A stretch of 64,000 nucleotides of DNA from an uncultured bacterium (GTDB taxonomy: Bacteria; Chloroflexota; UBA5177; JANWHV01): contig CAVSOU010000010.1 of assembly GCA_963729625.1 (NCBI GenBank), positions 928,001 to 992,000 of the forward strand, written 5' to 3'. The notes under the pieces are model-generated. The model was not told the origin of the DNA and ran no database searches. It saw only the letters and a list, made by a program, of their open reading frames with translations. The position numbers were made by a program, and so were the translations under genes. Each line of letters opens with the position of its first letter. Position 1 is the first letter of the stretch. This document shows positions 41,413 through 52,294 of this stretch, piece after piece.

Positions 41413-42957
41413 CTACCGCGACACCCCCGCAGCCTGCACAATCCGCTGCCCGACCAGCTCCGCGGCCAGCGCTTCGACGACCTCGGCGTCAAACTGTGTG
41501 GCTGCGCAGCGGCGCAGCTCTTGCAGGCTGTCCTCCGCCGAATGGCGCTGCTGATACGGGCGGTCCGCCGTGAGTGCGCGATAGGCGTCAGCTACTGCAA
41601 CGATGCGTGCCCCAAGCGGGATCTCTCCACCAATCAGGCGGTCCGGGTATCCACGCCCGTCCCATCGCTCGTGGTGTGCGCGGATGATCGGCGACAGCGG
41701 GCGGAGGGCGGGAACGCGGCCGACGACGTCCGCTCCGATTTCCGGGTGCCTCCGCAGGATCTTCCACTCCTCATCGGTGAGCGGAGCACCCTCCTTGACG
41801 AGAACGGAGTCCGGAACCGCGATCTTCCCTATGTCCTGCAGACGGGCGGCCATCTCGACCAATCGGATCTCCTTTTCGCTCATGCCGAGCCTGACCGCCA
41901 TACCCGTGGCCAGGCTGACGACAGCCTGGCAGTGCTCGCCTGTGTAGCGATCCCGGGCGGAGACCAGCACTGCCATGGCTTCGACCGTCCCGGCAAGGGT
42001 GGCATCCTCGTGCAGATCTGAGCGAGTGTCCACCCGCTCCAGCGCACCGACCGCAGGATCGGAGGCCGATCTGACTTGGTTCCGCCCCAGACGCTTCGCA
42101 GCATACATCGCGGCGTCGGCGGCCGCCACCAGTCCATTGCTGCTCTTGGAATCATCGGGATAGACCGCGAGACCGATCGAGGAGGTCACGCGACCGGCCT
42201 CGCCCGATACAAAGGGGTGTTCGGCGATAGCGGTGCGCAGGGCCTCCGATGCTCGCATGCCACCGTCGGAGCTGGTCTCCGGCAATATGGCCAGAAACTC
42301 CTCGCCACCCCACCTGCCTGCCACGCTGGTAGGACTGAGTGTGGCGCGCACTACCTTCGCGAGCTCGACCAGCGTGTCATCGCCCGCTTGGTGGCCGAAT
42401 GTATCGTTCAGCGCTTTGAAGTGGTCGAGGTCGATGAACAACACGGTGAAGTGGCGGCCGGTTGTCTGTGCCCGTGCCACCTCGCGATCGAGCTCGTCAA
42501 CCAGCGCGCGGTGATTGAGCAGGGCAGTGAGCGGGTCCGTTGTTGCCAGCCGTTCGAGGCGCGCATTTGCGTCGGATAACGCCACGTTCTGTGCCTCGAT
42601 TTCGGCTTTGAGACGCACGGTCTCGTCGTCGAACTCCTTCAGCGAGCTGACGAAGTCTTCGAGAACCTGCAGCTCTTCCTTGAGCGCCGTTTCCTCCCTG
42701 TCCGCTTCCTGCATGCGGACTCGCAGGCCCCGAAGCTCCCGGCGTGAGCGCGCGCCACGCAAGACGCACAGCAAGAGGCCGCTCAGCGCGACGAGCATGC
42801 CAACCGCGAGCCATACGCTGCCTCGCGTCACGCAGATGACTCCGAGCCCGACCACGAGGCAACCGACCGCTGCGGCGTCCAGACTGCCTACTGCGATCGC
42901 CGTACGCCGGTACTTGACATCAGCGAGGCTTGTTTCTGCCAAGTCTATCGCCGCCAA
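41413..42957 (-). CDS. Membrane-bound diguanylate cyclase (GGEEF) fused to HD-GYP domain
   Basis: 2 TM, coiled coil, DLDHFKALNDTFGH, RWGGEEF; RLQDIGK (HD changed to QD), HHERWDGRGYP. Confidence 0.92.
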   Translation of the reverse strand: MAAIDLAETSLADVKYRRTAIAVGSLDAAAVGCLVVGLGVICVTRGSVWLAVGMLVALSGLLLCVLRGARSRRELRGLRVRMQEADREETALKEELQVLEDFVSSLKEFDDETVRLKAEIEAQNVALSDANARLERLATTDPLTALLNHRALVDELDREVARAQTTGRHFTVLFIDLDHFKALNDTFGHQAGDDTLVELAKVVRATLSPTSVAGRWGGEEFLAILPETSSDGGMRASEALRTAIAEHPFVSGEAGRVTSSIGLAVYPDDSKSSNGLVAAADAAMYAAKRLGRNQVRSASDPAVGALERVDTRSDLHEDATLAGTVEAMAVLVSARDRYTGEHCQAVVSLATGMAVRLGMSEKEIRLVEMAARLQDIGKIAVPDSVLVKEGAPLTDEEWKILRRHPEIGADVVGRVPALRPLSPIIRAHHERWDGRGYPDRLIGGEIPLGARIVAVADAYRALTADRPYQQRHSAEDSLQELRRCAATQFDAEVVEALAAELVGQRIVQAAGVSR

Positions 42958-43158
42958 CTCTCCCGCGACTCAACGCGCGGTCTCGAATGCTCTACGCCAG
43001 GACATGGTTCCAGGCGGACGCTACGCAAGCCGTGCGTATCACCTGCCGCCCGGAGTACAGCCTCGTTTTGACACCTTGCCGCTTGCAATGAGCCTATCAC
43101 GACTGATAGCACGTCGATACTCCCCCATTTGGCTGAATCAGCCCAGGAAAGGACGCGC

Positions 43159-46100
43159 TTAAGCCTTTCGCAGCACGAAGCCAACCGGTTCTCCTTCGAG
43201 TGGCGCGCTGTCATGGAAACCGTCCGCGCCCGCCACCCCAGGGTGCAGCTCCAGTGCCAGGGTCTCCGCGCGTATGTAGGCGTTCCATTTGTCAAACACG
43301 GGCCGTAGATTCTCACCCGTTTCGTGGTACACGACGATGCGGTCGGCTACGTCGAACCCAGCCGACTTTCGCAGCGTCTGCAACCGATGGACGATCTCAC
43401 GCGCCAGCCCCTCTTCACGCAGGTCAGCGGTCAGTTCGGTCACTAAACCCACCAAATAGCCGTGCTCCTCTGCAACGGCGTAGCCGGGAAGCGCCGCGGC
43501 CAGCGGTTGAACATCGTCCATCCCCAGGCTCAACTCGCGATCCCCGACGAGTACCGCGAGGCGCTCGCCTCGCCTGAGTCTCGCAACAGCGTCCCCGGCA
43601 TTCAGGGCCTTGAGCGCCCCGACAAGCTTGGGTAGATCGGGCCCGAGCCGCGGGCCGAGCGCCGGCAGATTCGGACGCAGCTCGTAGTGCGCGACTGCCG
43701 CCTCGTCCGCCAGGTACCGGACCTCCTTGACGTTGAGCTCTTCCTTTATCTGCTCGACGAACGGCAGCAGCTTTTCCCACTCCTCGACCCGTCGCGTGCG
43801 GATCAGCGCCGCGGCAAGCGGCTGGCGAACCTTCAGTTTCCCGGCATTGCGCGCCGCTCGCCCAAGACCCACCACGCGAATGGTCAGGCGCGTGGCCTCG
43901 ATGAGCCCGCGGTCCACGAGTGCCTGGTCCGCCACCGGCCAGTCGGTCAGGTGAACACTCTGCGGCGAACCGGAGACGACCCCGGCCTCAAGGTTTTGAT
44001 AGAGTTCCTCGGCGAAGAACGGCACCATTGGAGCCAGGAGGCGCGTGATGGCGGTCAGCAGTTCATAGAGCGTGGCGTAGGCAGCCGCTTTGTCCTGGTC
44101 GTCTTCGCCCTTCCAGAAGCGGCGTCGGCTACGCCGGACATACCAGTTGGAGAGCAGGTCGACGAGGTTCTCCAGATCGCGAGTCGCAGGTGCTGCCTCG
44201 TATCGTTGCAGAGCGGCCGTCACACTCTCAACGGTGGACTGCAGCTCCGCGAGGATCCAGCGGTCGAGAGCGCTTCTCTCGTTCACGACCGGGCGCCGAG
44301 CCTCCGGATCAAATCCGTCCAGGTTCGCGTAGAGCACGAAGAATGAGTACACATTCCACAGCGTCAGGAAGAATCGCCGGCGCACCTCCTCGGCGACGGA
44401 ATACCCGAAGCGCAGGTTACTCGCCGGGTTCTGGCTCAGATAGATCCAGCGCATGGCATCGGCGCCCATAGGCATGTGCTGCTTTCCCTTGAAATCTTTG
44501 CCACCGGCGTCCGCTGCCTCCTCAAATGGAATGGAGTTTCCCCACGACTTGTGCATCTCGCGGCCGGTTTCATCCAACAGTGTGGCGAAGCCGAAGCACG
44601 TCTGGAACGGCGGCACTCCAGTCAGCGCGGTACCCATCACCAGCACAGCGTAGAACCAGTTTCGGAACTGACCAGGAAAGCTCTCGGTGATGAAGTCCGC
44701 GGGAAACCACTTCTGCCAGTACTCGCGATCGTGGCGGTACTTGAGCGTCGAGAATGTCACGATTCCGGCATCCAGCCACGGCGTGCCGACGTCCTTGACA
44801 CGGGCGACAGGCGCGCCGCACTGTGAGCAGCGGATCTTGACGCCGTCAACCCACGGCCGGTGCGGAGTGTGGCCGACAAAGGCATCCCAGCCTTCAACCG
44901 CCCTGGCTTGCAGCTCGTGTTCGCTGCCGACCACCTCGAAGTGTCCGCAGGCTGCGCAGTCGTAAATCGGGAGCGCGAGTCCCCAGTACCGCTTCTTGGA
45001 GATCATCCAGTCACCCATGTTCCGAAGCCAATCGAGTTCACGATCGCGACAGAACTCGGGAAACCACGCTATCTGGTTCACGACGTCGATTAGCGGCTGG
45101 CGAAGCTCCTGCACGCTGATGAACCACTCGTTCACCAAGCGGAACACCAGCTCCGTGCCGCAGCGCCAGCAGTGCGGATAGCGGTGCCTGTACTCTTCGG
45201 TGCGGTAGAGCGCCTGTTTTTCACGCAAGGAGTGAAGAATCGGCTTCACCACTTCCTTAGCGTGCTGGCCTGTGAGGAATCCGTAACCCTCGACGTAGTT
45301 TCCGTTCTCATCGATCGGGGCCAGCACCGCCAACGATTCCGGTCCAGACAGTGAAAAGTCCTCGCGACCGCAGCCAGGAGCGATATGCACGATACCCGTG
45401 CCCTCGGTGTCGCTTACCTCCTCCCAGGCGATGACCCTGTGCTCGACTCCGTGCTGGGAAGGCAGCTCGTCGAAGGGACCACGGTAAAGCCGTCCTAGAA
45501 GATTGGACCCGCTTAGTGTGCCAAGCACGTCGTAGTCGCCGCGAAGCACGGTGAGGAGCGGCTGCGCCAGATAGTACACATCGTCGCCTTGCCGAACCCG
45601 AACATATGTGAGATCCGGCTTGACCGCCGCCGCGACATTCGCGGCAAGCGTCCATGGGGTCGTCGTCCACACCAGGAGCGCCGCACCAGGTTCGTCAAGA
45701 AGGGGAAGCTTGACATACGGGCTCGTATGCGTGGTCTCGAAGTATTGATCGATCATCTCATTCTCAGTAAGCGCCGTACCACAGCGCGCACACCATGGCA
45801 ACACATCGCGACCCTTGTAGATCCAACCTCGCTCGAAGCACGTTTTGAGAAAGAGCCAAATCGTGTAGTTGTTCTCGTCGGACATCGTGTAGTACGAGTT
45901 GTCCCAATCCATCCAGTAGCCAAGTCGAATGGACTGCTGAGTCTGGATACCTGCGTACTTGAGCACGCGTTCCTTGCATTTTTCGACGAACGCAGCGATG
46001 CCATACGTCTCGATGTCTCGCTTGGACTTGAAGCCGAGCTCCTTCTCAACCTCAACCTCAACCCAGAGTCCCTGGCAGTCAAAGCCATTCTGGTAGCGCT

Positions 46101-46362
46101 GCTCCTCACCCAACATGGTGTGAAAGCGCTGATAGAGATCCTTGTAGGTACGGCCCCATCCGTGATGCACGCCCATCGGATTGTTGGCAGTAATGGGCCC
46201 GTCGATGAAGCTATACCGTCGAGTGCTCCGGCGGTTTCGCGCCAGGTACTTGTCGACAATCCCCTCATCCTGCCACCAGCGGAGCAGCTTGTGCTCCACG
46301 GCCGGGAAGTCCGGCTGCGCGGAGACGGGCGCGAAGCGCCGCGAAGTCGATTTCCCTGTCAT
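43159..46362 (-). CDS. ileS: Isoleucine--tRNA ligase (type 2-like)
   Basis: [65 protein letters not shown]; Ile T-box upstream. Confidence 0.96.
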   Translation of the reverse strand: MTGKSTSRRFAPVSAQPDFPAVEHKLLRWWQDEGIVDKYLARNRRSTRRYSFIDGPITANNPMGVHHGWGRTYKDLYQRFHTMLGEEQRYQNGFDCQGLWVEVEVEKELGFKSKRDIETYGIAAFVEKCKERVLKYAGIQTQQSIRLGYWMDWDNSYYTMSDENNYTIWLFLKTCFERGWIYKGRDVLPWCARCGTALTENEMIDQYFETTHTSPYVKLPLLDEPGAALLVWTTTPWTLAANVAAAVKPDLTYVRVRQGDDVYYLAQPLLTVLRGDYDVLGTLSGSNLLGRLYRGPFDELPSQHGVEHRVIAWEEVSDTEGTGIVHIAPGCGREDFSLSGPESLAVLAPIDENGNYVEGYGFLTGQHAKEVVKPILHSLREKQALYRTEEYRHRYPHCWRCGTELVFRLVNEWFISVQELRQPLIDVVNQIAWFPEFCRDRELDWLRNMGDWMISKKRYWGLALPIYDCAACGHFEVVGSEHELQARAVEGWDAFVGHTPHRPWVDGVKIRCSQCGAPVARVKDVGTPWLDAGIVTFSTLKYRHDREYWQKWFPADFITESFPGQFRNWFYAVLVMGTALTGVPPFQTCFGFATLLDETGREMHKSWGNSIPFEEAADAGGKDFKGKQHMPMGADAMRWIYLSQNPASNLRFGYSVAEEVRRRFFLTLWNVYSFFVLYANLDGFDPEARRPVVNERSALDRWILAELQSTVESVTAALQRYEAAPATRDLENLVDLLSNWYVRRSRRRFWKGEDDQDKAAAYATLYELLTAITRLLAPMVPFFAEELYQNLEAGVVSGSPQSVHLTDWPVADQALVDRGLIEATRLTIRVVGLGRAARNAGKLKVRQPLAAALIRTRRVEEWEKLLPFVEQIKEELNVKEVRYLADEAAVAHYELRPNLPALGPRLGPDLPKLVGALKALNAGDAVARLRRGERLAVLVGDRELSLGMDDVQPLAAALPGYAVAEEHGYLVGLVTELTADLREEGLAREIVHRLQTLRKSAGFDVADRIVVYHETGENLRPVFDKWNAYIRAETLALELHPGVAGADGFHDSAPLEGEPVGFVLRKA

Positions 46363-46414
46363 CCGACCCTCCAAAGCAATGCCAGATTTCACTCACTGGC
46401 TGGCAGCGCAACCA

Positions 46415-46690
46415 TCAAAAAACCCCATCCCACAAAGGGACGGGGTCGGCTCCCGCGGTACCACCCTGGTTTGGCCGGCGCCGGCAGACGCAAGCCCACT
46501 CGCTCGGACACGTATACATGCCCACGCCGGGATAACGGTCGGCGATTCCGGGTACGGCTGGGGCGCCTGGCCCGCGCCACATCAACTCGGAAGTGATCTT
46601 CAATCGCCTTTGCCCGGCTTCCCTTGCACCGCCCGGAAGCTCGCTTGCGGGAGCAGACGACCTACTGGCTCCGTCAAAGTCACTGCTACG
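46415..46690 (-). ncRNA. T-box riboswitch (Ile) leader of ileS
   Basis: Antiterminator motif AGGGTGGTACCGCG (46454-46467), terminator hairpin with U6 (46417-46447), specifier AUC in GAAGATCAC (46595-46597). Confidence 0.92.
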
Positions 46691-46804
46691 AGTTTCCCAC
46701 ACGGCGGCCGGACCGTCAAACCCGATCGTTTGCGGCTGCCGAGGGCGCCCGCACCGAGTTTGGCGTGGGCTATTGAGGTATCATGCACCGTAACAAGGAG
46801 CATA

Positions 46805-47803
46805 ATGGCACGCGTGATGGAAGACGCCGGCATCGTGCCGGCGGCGGTGCAGCCGCGCCCTCCCGTGATCTCGGTAGTGGCGCCGGTGTTCAACGAGCAA
46901 GACAGCCTGCCGCACTTCTACGAGCGGGTCGTGGCGGTCATGGAGGGCCTGGGCGAGCCGTTTGAGCTCGTGCTCGTCAACGACGGCAGCCGGGACAACT
47001 CCTTCACACTGATGCGCGAACTTCACGTCAAGGATCCGCGCGTGCGCGCCATCAACTTCTCTCGCAATTTCGGCCATCAAGCGGCGATTTCGGCCGGGCT
47101 GGATCACGCGCGCGGCGACGCGGTTGTGATCATCGATTCCGATTTGCAGGATCCTCCCGAGGTCATACCCGAGATGGTCGAGCGCTGGCGAAGCGGTGCA
47201 CAGGTTGTCTACGCTCAGCGCCGCCAACGCGTGGGCGAGACACGCTTCAAGCTGCTCACGGCTGCCTTGTTCTACCGGCTGATCAATCGCCTTACCACAA
47301 TGAAACTGCCGCGAGACACAGGCGATTTTCGGCTTCTCGATCGCAAGGTCGCCAACGCTCTGATCCAGATGCGCGAGCACAACCGCTTCATGCGCGGGCT
47401 GTCTGTCTGGGTCGGGTTCCGGCAGGAGGTCGTGAAGTACGACCGACACGAACGGTTTGCCGGCAAGACCAACTACCCACTGTTCAAAATGGTCCGTCTT
47501 TCTATGGATGCAATAACCGGATTCAGCTACGCACCGCTGCAGCTTGCAACGTCGCTCGGCTTTCTCTTCGCGGGCCTGAGCCTCATAGGCATCGTGCTTG
47601 CGATCATCGCGCGTATCGTCGGCGGCGCCATTGTCGGGCAGGGCACGACGCTGATCGTTGTACTGTTCCTGGGAGGCATCCAGCTCATCTTTCTCGGTGT
47701 GATCGGAGAGTACCTTAGCAGAATCTATGACGAGGTGCGAAACAGGCCGCTCTACATCATTAGCGAGACGCTCGACAATGCGGACTGTCCTGCTCAGCCG
47801 TAG
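46805..47803 (+). CDS. GT2 polyprenol-phosphate glycosyltransferase (GtrB/YkoT-like)
   Basis: [45 protein letters not shown], two C-terminal TM. Confidence 0.93.
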   Translation: MARVMEDAGIVPAAVQPRPPVISVVAPVFNEQDSLPHFYERVVAVMEGLGEPFELVLVNDGSRDNSFTLMRELHVKDPRVRAINFSRNFGHQAAISAGLDHARGDAVVIIDSDLQDPPEVIPEMVERWRSGAQVVYAQRRQRVGETRFKLLTAALFYRLINRLTTMKLPRDTGDFRLLDRKVANALIQMREHNRFMRGLSVWVGFRQEVVKYDRHERFAGKTNYPLFKMVRLSMDAITGFSYAPLQLATSLGFLFAGLSLIGIVLAIIARIVGGAIVGQGTTLIVVLFLGGIQLIFLGVIGEYLSRIYDEVRNRPLYIISETLDNADCPAQP

Positions 47804-47898
47804 ACATGGCAAGCCGGCTCACGTTTGGGGACGCGTGGCTGGAGGCGCGCGGACGCAGCGATCGGTGCATCGCCCTAGAGATCCCGACGAACGATGGG

Positions 47899-49182
47899 CT
47901 AAGCGGTTGATGGCGCCGCCGTGCGCAACGCCAGGCCCACCGTCGGCGCCATCACGGCCGCCTCGATGCAACTGGCGATGAGCAGCCCCACGCCCAGCCC
48001 CACGAGGCCGTCAAGTGTCGCCCCCTTGGCGCCCATAACGAGCTTGAGCACGCTGCCTAGCAGCACCAGCGGGGCGGCGCCGGCCGGTCGCCCGTACACT
48101 CGCTGGATCGCGGCGTAGTGCTCGCGCACGCAGAGAGGAAGGTTAACCGCGGCAAATAGCTCGAGCGGGATAGTCCCATTTTCGGAATAGCTATGCCCAA
48201 ACACGCCCATCACCGGACCTGCCGCCACCGACATCAGGGCGATTGCCAGCGTGGTCAAGAGCACTGACAGGCCAAGACTGAAGCGAAACCGCTGCACCAG
48301 GGTCGCAGGCTCCGCCGCCCCAACCGCGAAGAACACAGTCGCAAGGGACGATGGCACGATGAAGACAAGTGAGCCGACCATCGAGGCAGTGTAGTAGTAC
48401 GCGTTGGCAGTGGTCGACAGAATCACGGTTACGATAAGCGGCATGGCCAGCCCAGCCAGCTGCATCGTGACGTTCAGTACGTGATGTCCGACCGCCTGCC
48501 AGCCTAACCCGCGCAAGAGCGACGGCCGCGGCCTGTGCAGGTGACGGGTGCCACCGACGAGCGGTAGGACCAGGGCCAGACACACAACGTACCCGACAAC
48601 CCACGTAGCATACAGGGCACCGCCGCCCCCGTTGACCAGCCACATGCCGGCAAGCGCAAGCGCCAGAAGCTTTGCCACACTGAACAGGCCGTTGCGCCAT
48701 AGCTGCAAAGATCCACGCAGCAAGCCGATAAAGGCCTGGTCGAGTACCACTGAAAGCGCCGTCAATGCTACTCCCAGGGCGAACAGCAGGACTTTCCACA
48801 CGCTATCACCCAGGGGTCGCAAGCTTAACGAGAAATGAGGAGCAAGCGCCGCGAAGCCGGCGCCGAGCGCGAATCCCGCTATTCCCGCCGCAACCATCGC
48901 CGTCACTATAAGTTGGCCACGTTGTCCCGGGCGTCGCGGCAGCTCGCCGATCAGCAGGCTGCCGAGTCCCAGCATGGCAAACGACCCGAGGAGACTCATC
49001 GCGGCGATGGCCGCCGATGCCAGGCCGATCGCCGAAGGGGAGAACCAACGTGCCGCCAGCCACCAGTACACGAAGCCCAGGCCGAGAGTCAGCACATTGG
49101 TGCTTGCCAGCGTCCCAGCATTGAAAAGCACCGACCAGTTCGCGCCTCCTACGCGCTTCGCGGTCTGGCGTAGGCCGAGCAT
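47899..49182 (-). CDS. Polysaccharide flippase-like (Wzx/MATE superfamily) membrane protein
   Basis: About 12 TM helices; LGFVYWWLAAR, NAYYY; located among glycosyltransferases. Confidence 0.8.
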   Translation of the reverse strand: MLGLRQTAKRVGGANWSVLFNAGTLASTNVLTLGLGFVYWWLAARWFSPSAIGLASAAIAAMSLLGSFAMLGLGSLLIGELPRRPGQRGQLIVTAMVAAGIAGFALGAGFAALAPHFSLSLRPLGDSVWKVLLFALGVALTALSVVLDQAFIGLLRGSLQLWRNGLFSVAKLLALALAGMWLVNGGGGALYATWVVGYVVCLALVLPLVGGTRHLHRPRPSLLRGLGWQAVGHHVLNVTMQLAGLAMPLIVTVILSTTANAYYYTASMVGSLVFIVPSSLATVFFAVGAAEPATLVQRFRFSLGLSVLLTTLAIALMSVAAGPVMGVFGHSYSENGTIPLELFAAVNLPLCVREHYAAIQRVYGRPAGAAPLVLLGSVLKLVMGAKGATLDGLVGLGVGLLIASCIEAAVMAPTVGLALRTAAPSTA

Positions 49183-49240
49183 GGTCACGTGACATACCCC
49201 ACAGCTAGCGTGCCGATCGACTGCCGCATACATGGCACAT

Positions 49241-50461
49241 TCATGCGCTAGACCAGGAAACCGACGCGCGAGTGGGATACCATGGCCGCTTTGCCAGCGC
49301 CTCAAGCCTGAACGCTCGGTCGTCTCCGAGGATGAGCCTTGCCGCGATACCAATCATTGGTCGGTGACCGAGGAGACGGTACTCGGTCTTCAGCGCGCAG
49401 ATGACGTAGGCGCAGATCTCTCTGTTCGTCCTGGACGGCTGCTTGTCCAGAAGTGCCTTCAGATATGAGATAGCAACAACGCTCCGAGCTTGATCCGACG
49501 TGCCCAAAGCATGTCGCTGCAATAGCGATAGCAAAGGCCGACACACGTTCGGAGCCGTGTCTCGACCGGCATACGACCGGCCGAGCAGTCGCCGGCACAT
49601 ATCGTGCCACTCTGAGAGCCGGCGATCGTCGAGCAGTGAGTCCCGTAGCAATTGATCGGAAACGGCTTCGTCACCTTCGACAAGGCTCACAAGAATGGCC
49701 TCGAAAGTACTGTGCTGCACGGCGGCAGCCACCCTGAGCCGGCGCTTGGGCGGCAACGCAGGACTTGCGGCAAGCCGCCTGAGCGCTAGAACGGTTTCAA
49801 GACGATTGGTCAACCATCCCGTGGCCGTCAGTGCTGCGGGCAGCTGACGAAACGCCCCCCAAACACCGGGGAGGCGCACCAGCTTCGACCGTACGCCAAG
49901 GCGAAGCCAGAGGTCATAGTCCATTGCGTATCGCATTTCTGTGTTGAGGCCCCCAACGCCGAGCAAGTGACGCTTCCGCATGAGCGCCGACTGATTGGGT
50001 ATGATATTCGTCTCAAGGAGATCGGAAAACCGAAATCGTGTGGCATGCCACGTACCGTCAACATCCCGTTCAGGGCTTACGAAGTGGCAGCTCGCATAGA
50101 CCGCCGCGATATCTGGGTGAGACGTCATGTAGCGGGCTGCCGTGCCGAGCACGCCTGGATAGTAGTAATCGTCGGAATTCTGCCAACCGATTAGCTCTCC
50201 CTCAGCCATCGCGAGGCCCTTGTTAAAGGCATCTGACTGGCCCTGGTCCGGTTCGCTGATCCAGCGGAACCGGCCAGGATATCTCCTTCCATACGCTTCG
50301 AGGATCTCGAGCGTACCGTCTGTCGAGCCGCCATCGACGATTATGTGCTCAATATCCGACCAGTCCTGTGCTAGAACACTCTCGATCGTGTCCCGAACGT
50401 AGGCAGCGTGATTAAGCGATGGAGTTATCACGCTGATCCGAACTGTGTCATGTGACCGCAT
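49241..50461 (-). CDS. Glycosyltransferase family 2
   Basis: ISVITPSLNH, VDGGSTDGT, GQSDAFNKG, QNSDD, MDYDLWLR. Confidence 0.92.
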   Translation of the reverse strand: MRSHDTVRISVITPSLNHAAYVRDTIESVLAQDWSDIEHIIVDGGSTDGTLEILEAYGRRYPGRFRWISEPDQGQSDAFNKGLAMAEGELIGWQNSDDYYYPGVLGTAARYMTSHPDIAAVYASCHFVSPERDVDGTWHATRFRFSDLLETNIIPNQSALMRKRHLLGVGGLNTEMRYAMDYDLWLRLGVRSKLVRLPGVWGAFRQLPAALTATGWLTNRLETVLALRRLAASPALPPKRRLRVAAAVQHSTFEAILVSLVEGDEAVSDQLLRDSLLDDRRLSEWHDMCRRLLGRSYAGRDTAPNVCRPLLSLLQRHALGTSDQARSVVAISYLKALLDKQPSRTNREICAYVICALKTEYRLLGHRPMIGIAARLILGDDRAFRLEALAKRPWYPTRASVSWSSA

Positions 50462-50541
50462 CAATTGGTCCTCCAGAACTCGCCCACTGCGCGCAACAGA
50501 GCGGCTCCCATCCGCCATGCCGAATCGTCACCGGCACCGCG

Positions 50542-51549
50542 CTACCAACCCGCGAGCTTGAGCAGCGCGTTCACTCCTCGAACGGGCAGGGTCCCGGCAT
50601 ACCGTTGGCTGGCGTACAGAATACTGAATACAACTCGCTCGACCAGAGATCGAGGATCGCCATAGCTTACGTCGTCTCCAGCGAGTCCACCTCTTGTCGC
50701 AATGTCGCGCCAATCCACGTCCCAAATCGCTACCCGCTTGAAATACGCCGCGCCGTGCCTCCGAAGGAGCTCGAGCACCTGAAAATCCCAGTAGTAGAGG
50801 CCCGCCGAAAACACTGTAGTCCTGTCGATCCCACGTTCCTCGTACGCCTCAACCCATTCACGAGGAATAGGGCGCCTATCTGCTGGACCAACGGAGAACA
50901 TGTGATGGTACTGCCTGAAGACGTCGACGACATGCCGCTCCGGATGATTGAGGCACTCCCAGCATTGGTACCAACGATGCTTGCTTCTCATCCGCTCCCA
51001 ATCGGCGTACTGGTAATGCAGCACGTGGATCGCAGTCAAGTCGACTGTATTGGCGTTGACCGGATGCGGAATGCGAAGCCCGTGAATGTCCTGACCATGG
51101 TGAGCGGATCCATCGTCGACGAAGCCAAGATGAAACCTCGAACAGTCCATCAGCCAGTAGGATTCTCCGTCAGGCCATATCTCGGCCCGAGTGAACGTGA
51201 TCACCGTCCCAGGCGGCGCCGCCATCGCGGTTTGCCACTCAGGATCGGTAAGCACGTTCGCACTCAGGATCTCGTCGGCATCGAGGGCGATCAAGACCCT
51301 GGGACCGCTGATGGACCGTGCGGCGTCGATCAGCAAGTCTTGCCGAGAACTCTCATTGAACGCCGGAGAAGTGTTTTCGATCAGCCTGGCCTTTGGACAC
51401 CGATCGACTATGGCGCGAGTGCCGTCATCCGACTGTTGATCAGCAACGATGATGACGTCGGCCCACAGGCTGGCAGTTGCGAGGTAGTACTCGAGAGCCC
51501 ACGCCTCATTCTTAACTGGCGCAAGGCAAACTACTGTAGGCTTCCTCAT
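50542..51549 (-). CDS. Glycosyltransferase family 2-like protein
   Basis: PVKNEAW, VADQQSDDGT, ALDADE, VLHYQY. Confidence 0.85.
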   Translation of the reverse strand: MRKPTVVCLAPVKNEAWALEYYLATASLWADVIIVADQQSDDGTRAIVDRCPKARLIENTSPAFNESSRQDLLIDAARSISGPRVLIALDADEILSANVLTDPEWQTAMAAPPGTVITFTRAEIWPDGESYWLMDCSRFHLGFVDDGSAHHGQDIHGLRIPHPVNANTVDLTAIHVLHYQYADWERMRSKHRWYQCWECLNHPERHVVDVFRQYHHMFSVGPADRRPIPREWVEAYEERGIDRTTVFSAGLYYWDFQVLELLRRHGAAYFKRVAIWDVDWRDIATRGGLAGDDVSYGDPRSLVERVVFSILYASQRYAGTLPVRGVNALLKLAGW

Positions 51550-52294
51550 CTCAGTATGGCACGTGTGACTATACGGCCTGGCTATGGGGTGGGACATGCG
51601 AGCAACGGGAACGGGTGGCGGCCGCAAGTGGATGCATACACGCGGAAGCCTCACGCTTGTCGCCGAGGTGAGCGCAATCTCGATGCTGTGGGATCGCCCT
51701 GACCAATACTCTCCCGTATTCTCTCGGGGTCGTCCCCGCGGTGATTGACAGTTGCCTCGTAGGGCACCTATATGTGCCATCTCCGGCGTCTCCGGCGCAT
51801 GCCCAGGTGCTCTCTCTAGTGTACCGGCCTCTCCAGCAAAGATCGGCATAGGGAATGGTGGGCGGATTCTCCTCCTGGTCGCGCTTCAGCAGACAGGCCC
51901 TTGGGCCGGTTCTGGCCTGCTGTTCCATCGCGGGGGGCGGCGATGCTCGTTCGCGTTGTTGGCGGCAAGCAGACGCGCGGGGATGTCGCCAAACTCGTGT
52001 GCGAGATTACAGCGCACACCCGATGCTGACGGAACTGCTCACTGACAGGCATCTTGGGGCCTATTTGGCTATCATTGAAAGGACGAGGCAGCTTGAACCA
52101 GGTCATCATCACCTACCCCCCAACCCTGGGGCGCACAGACGGCGTGCGAAGGAGGTCGGTGCGTGCGGCCAAAGACCGGCAGGCAGGGCATCGCTGTCGC
52201 ACGCTTATCGGGAGGCTCCTGGCGCTCGACATCGATCGTTGCCAGGCAAGCTGCTGAAGAAACACCTGGCGAAAATGATCGAGAAGGATGGGTA

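Noticed and set aside
46181-46804. Long N-terminal extension of the GT2 ORF
   Set aside because: It overlaps the ileS start and the T-box leader; an AAGGAG RBS supports the start at 46805
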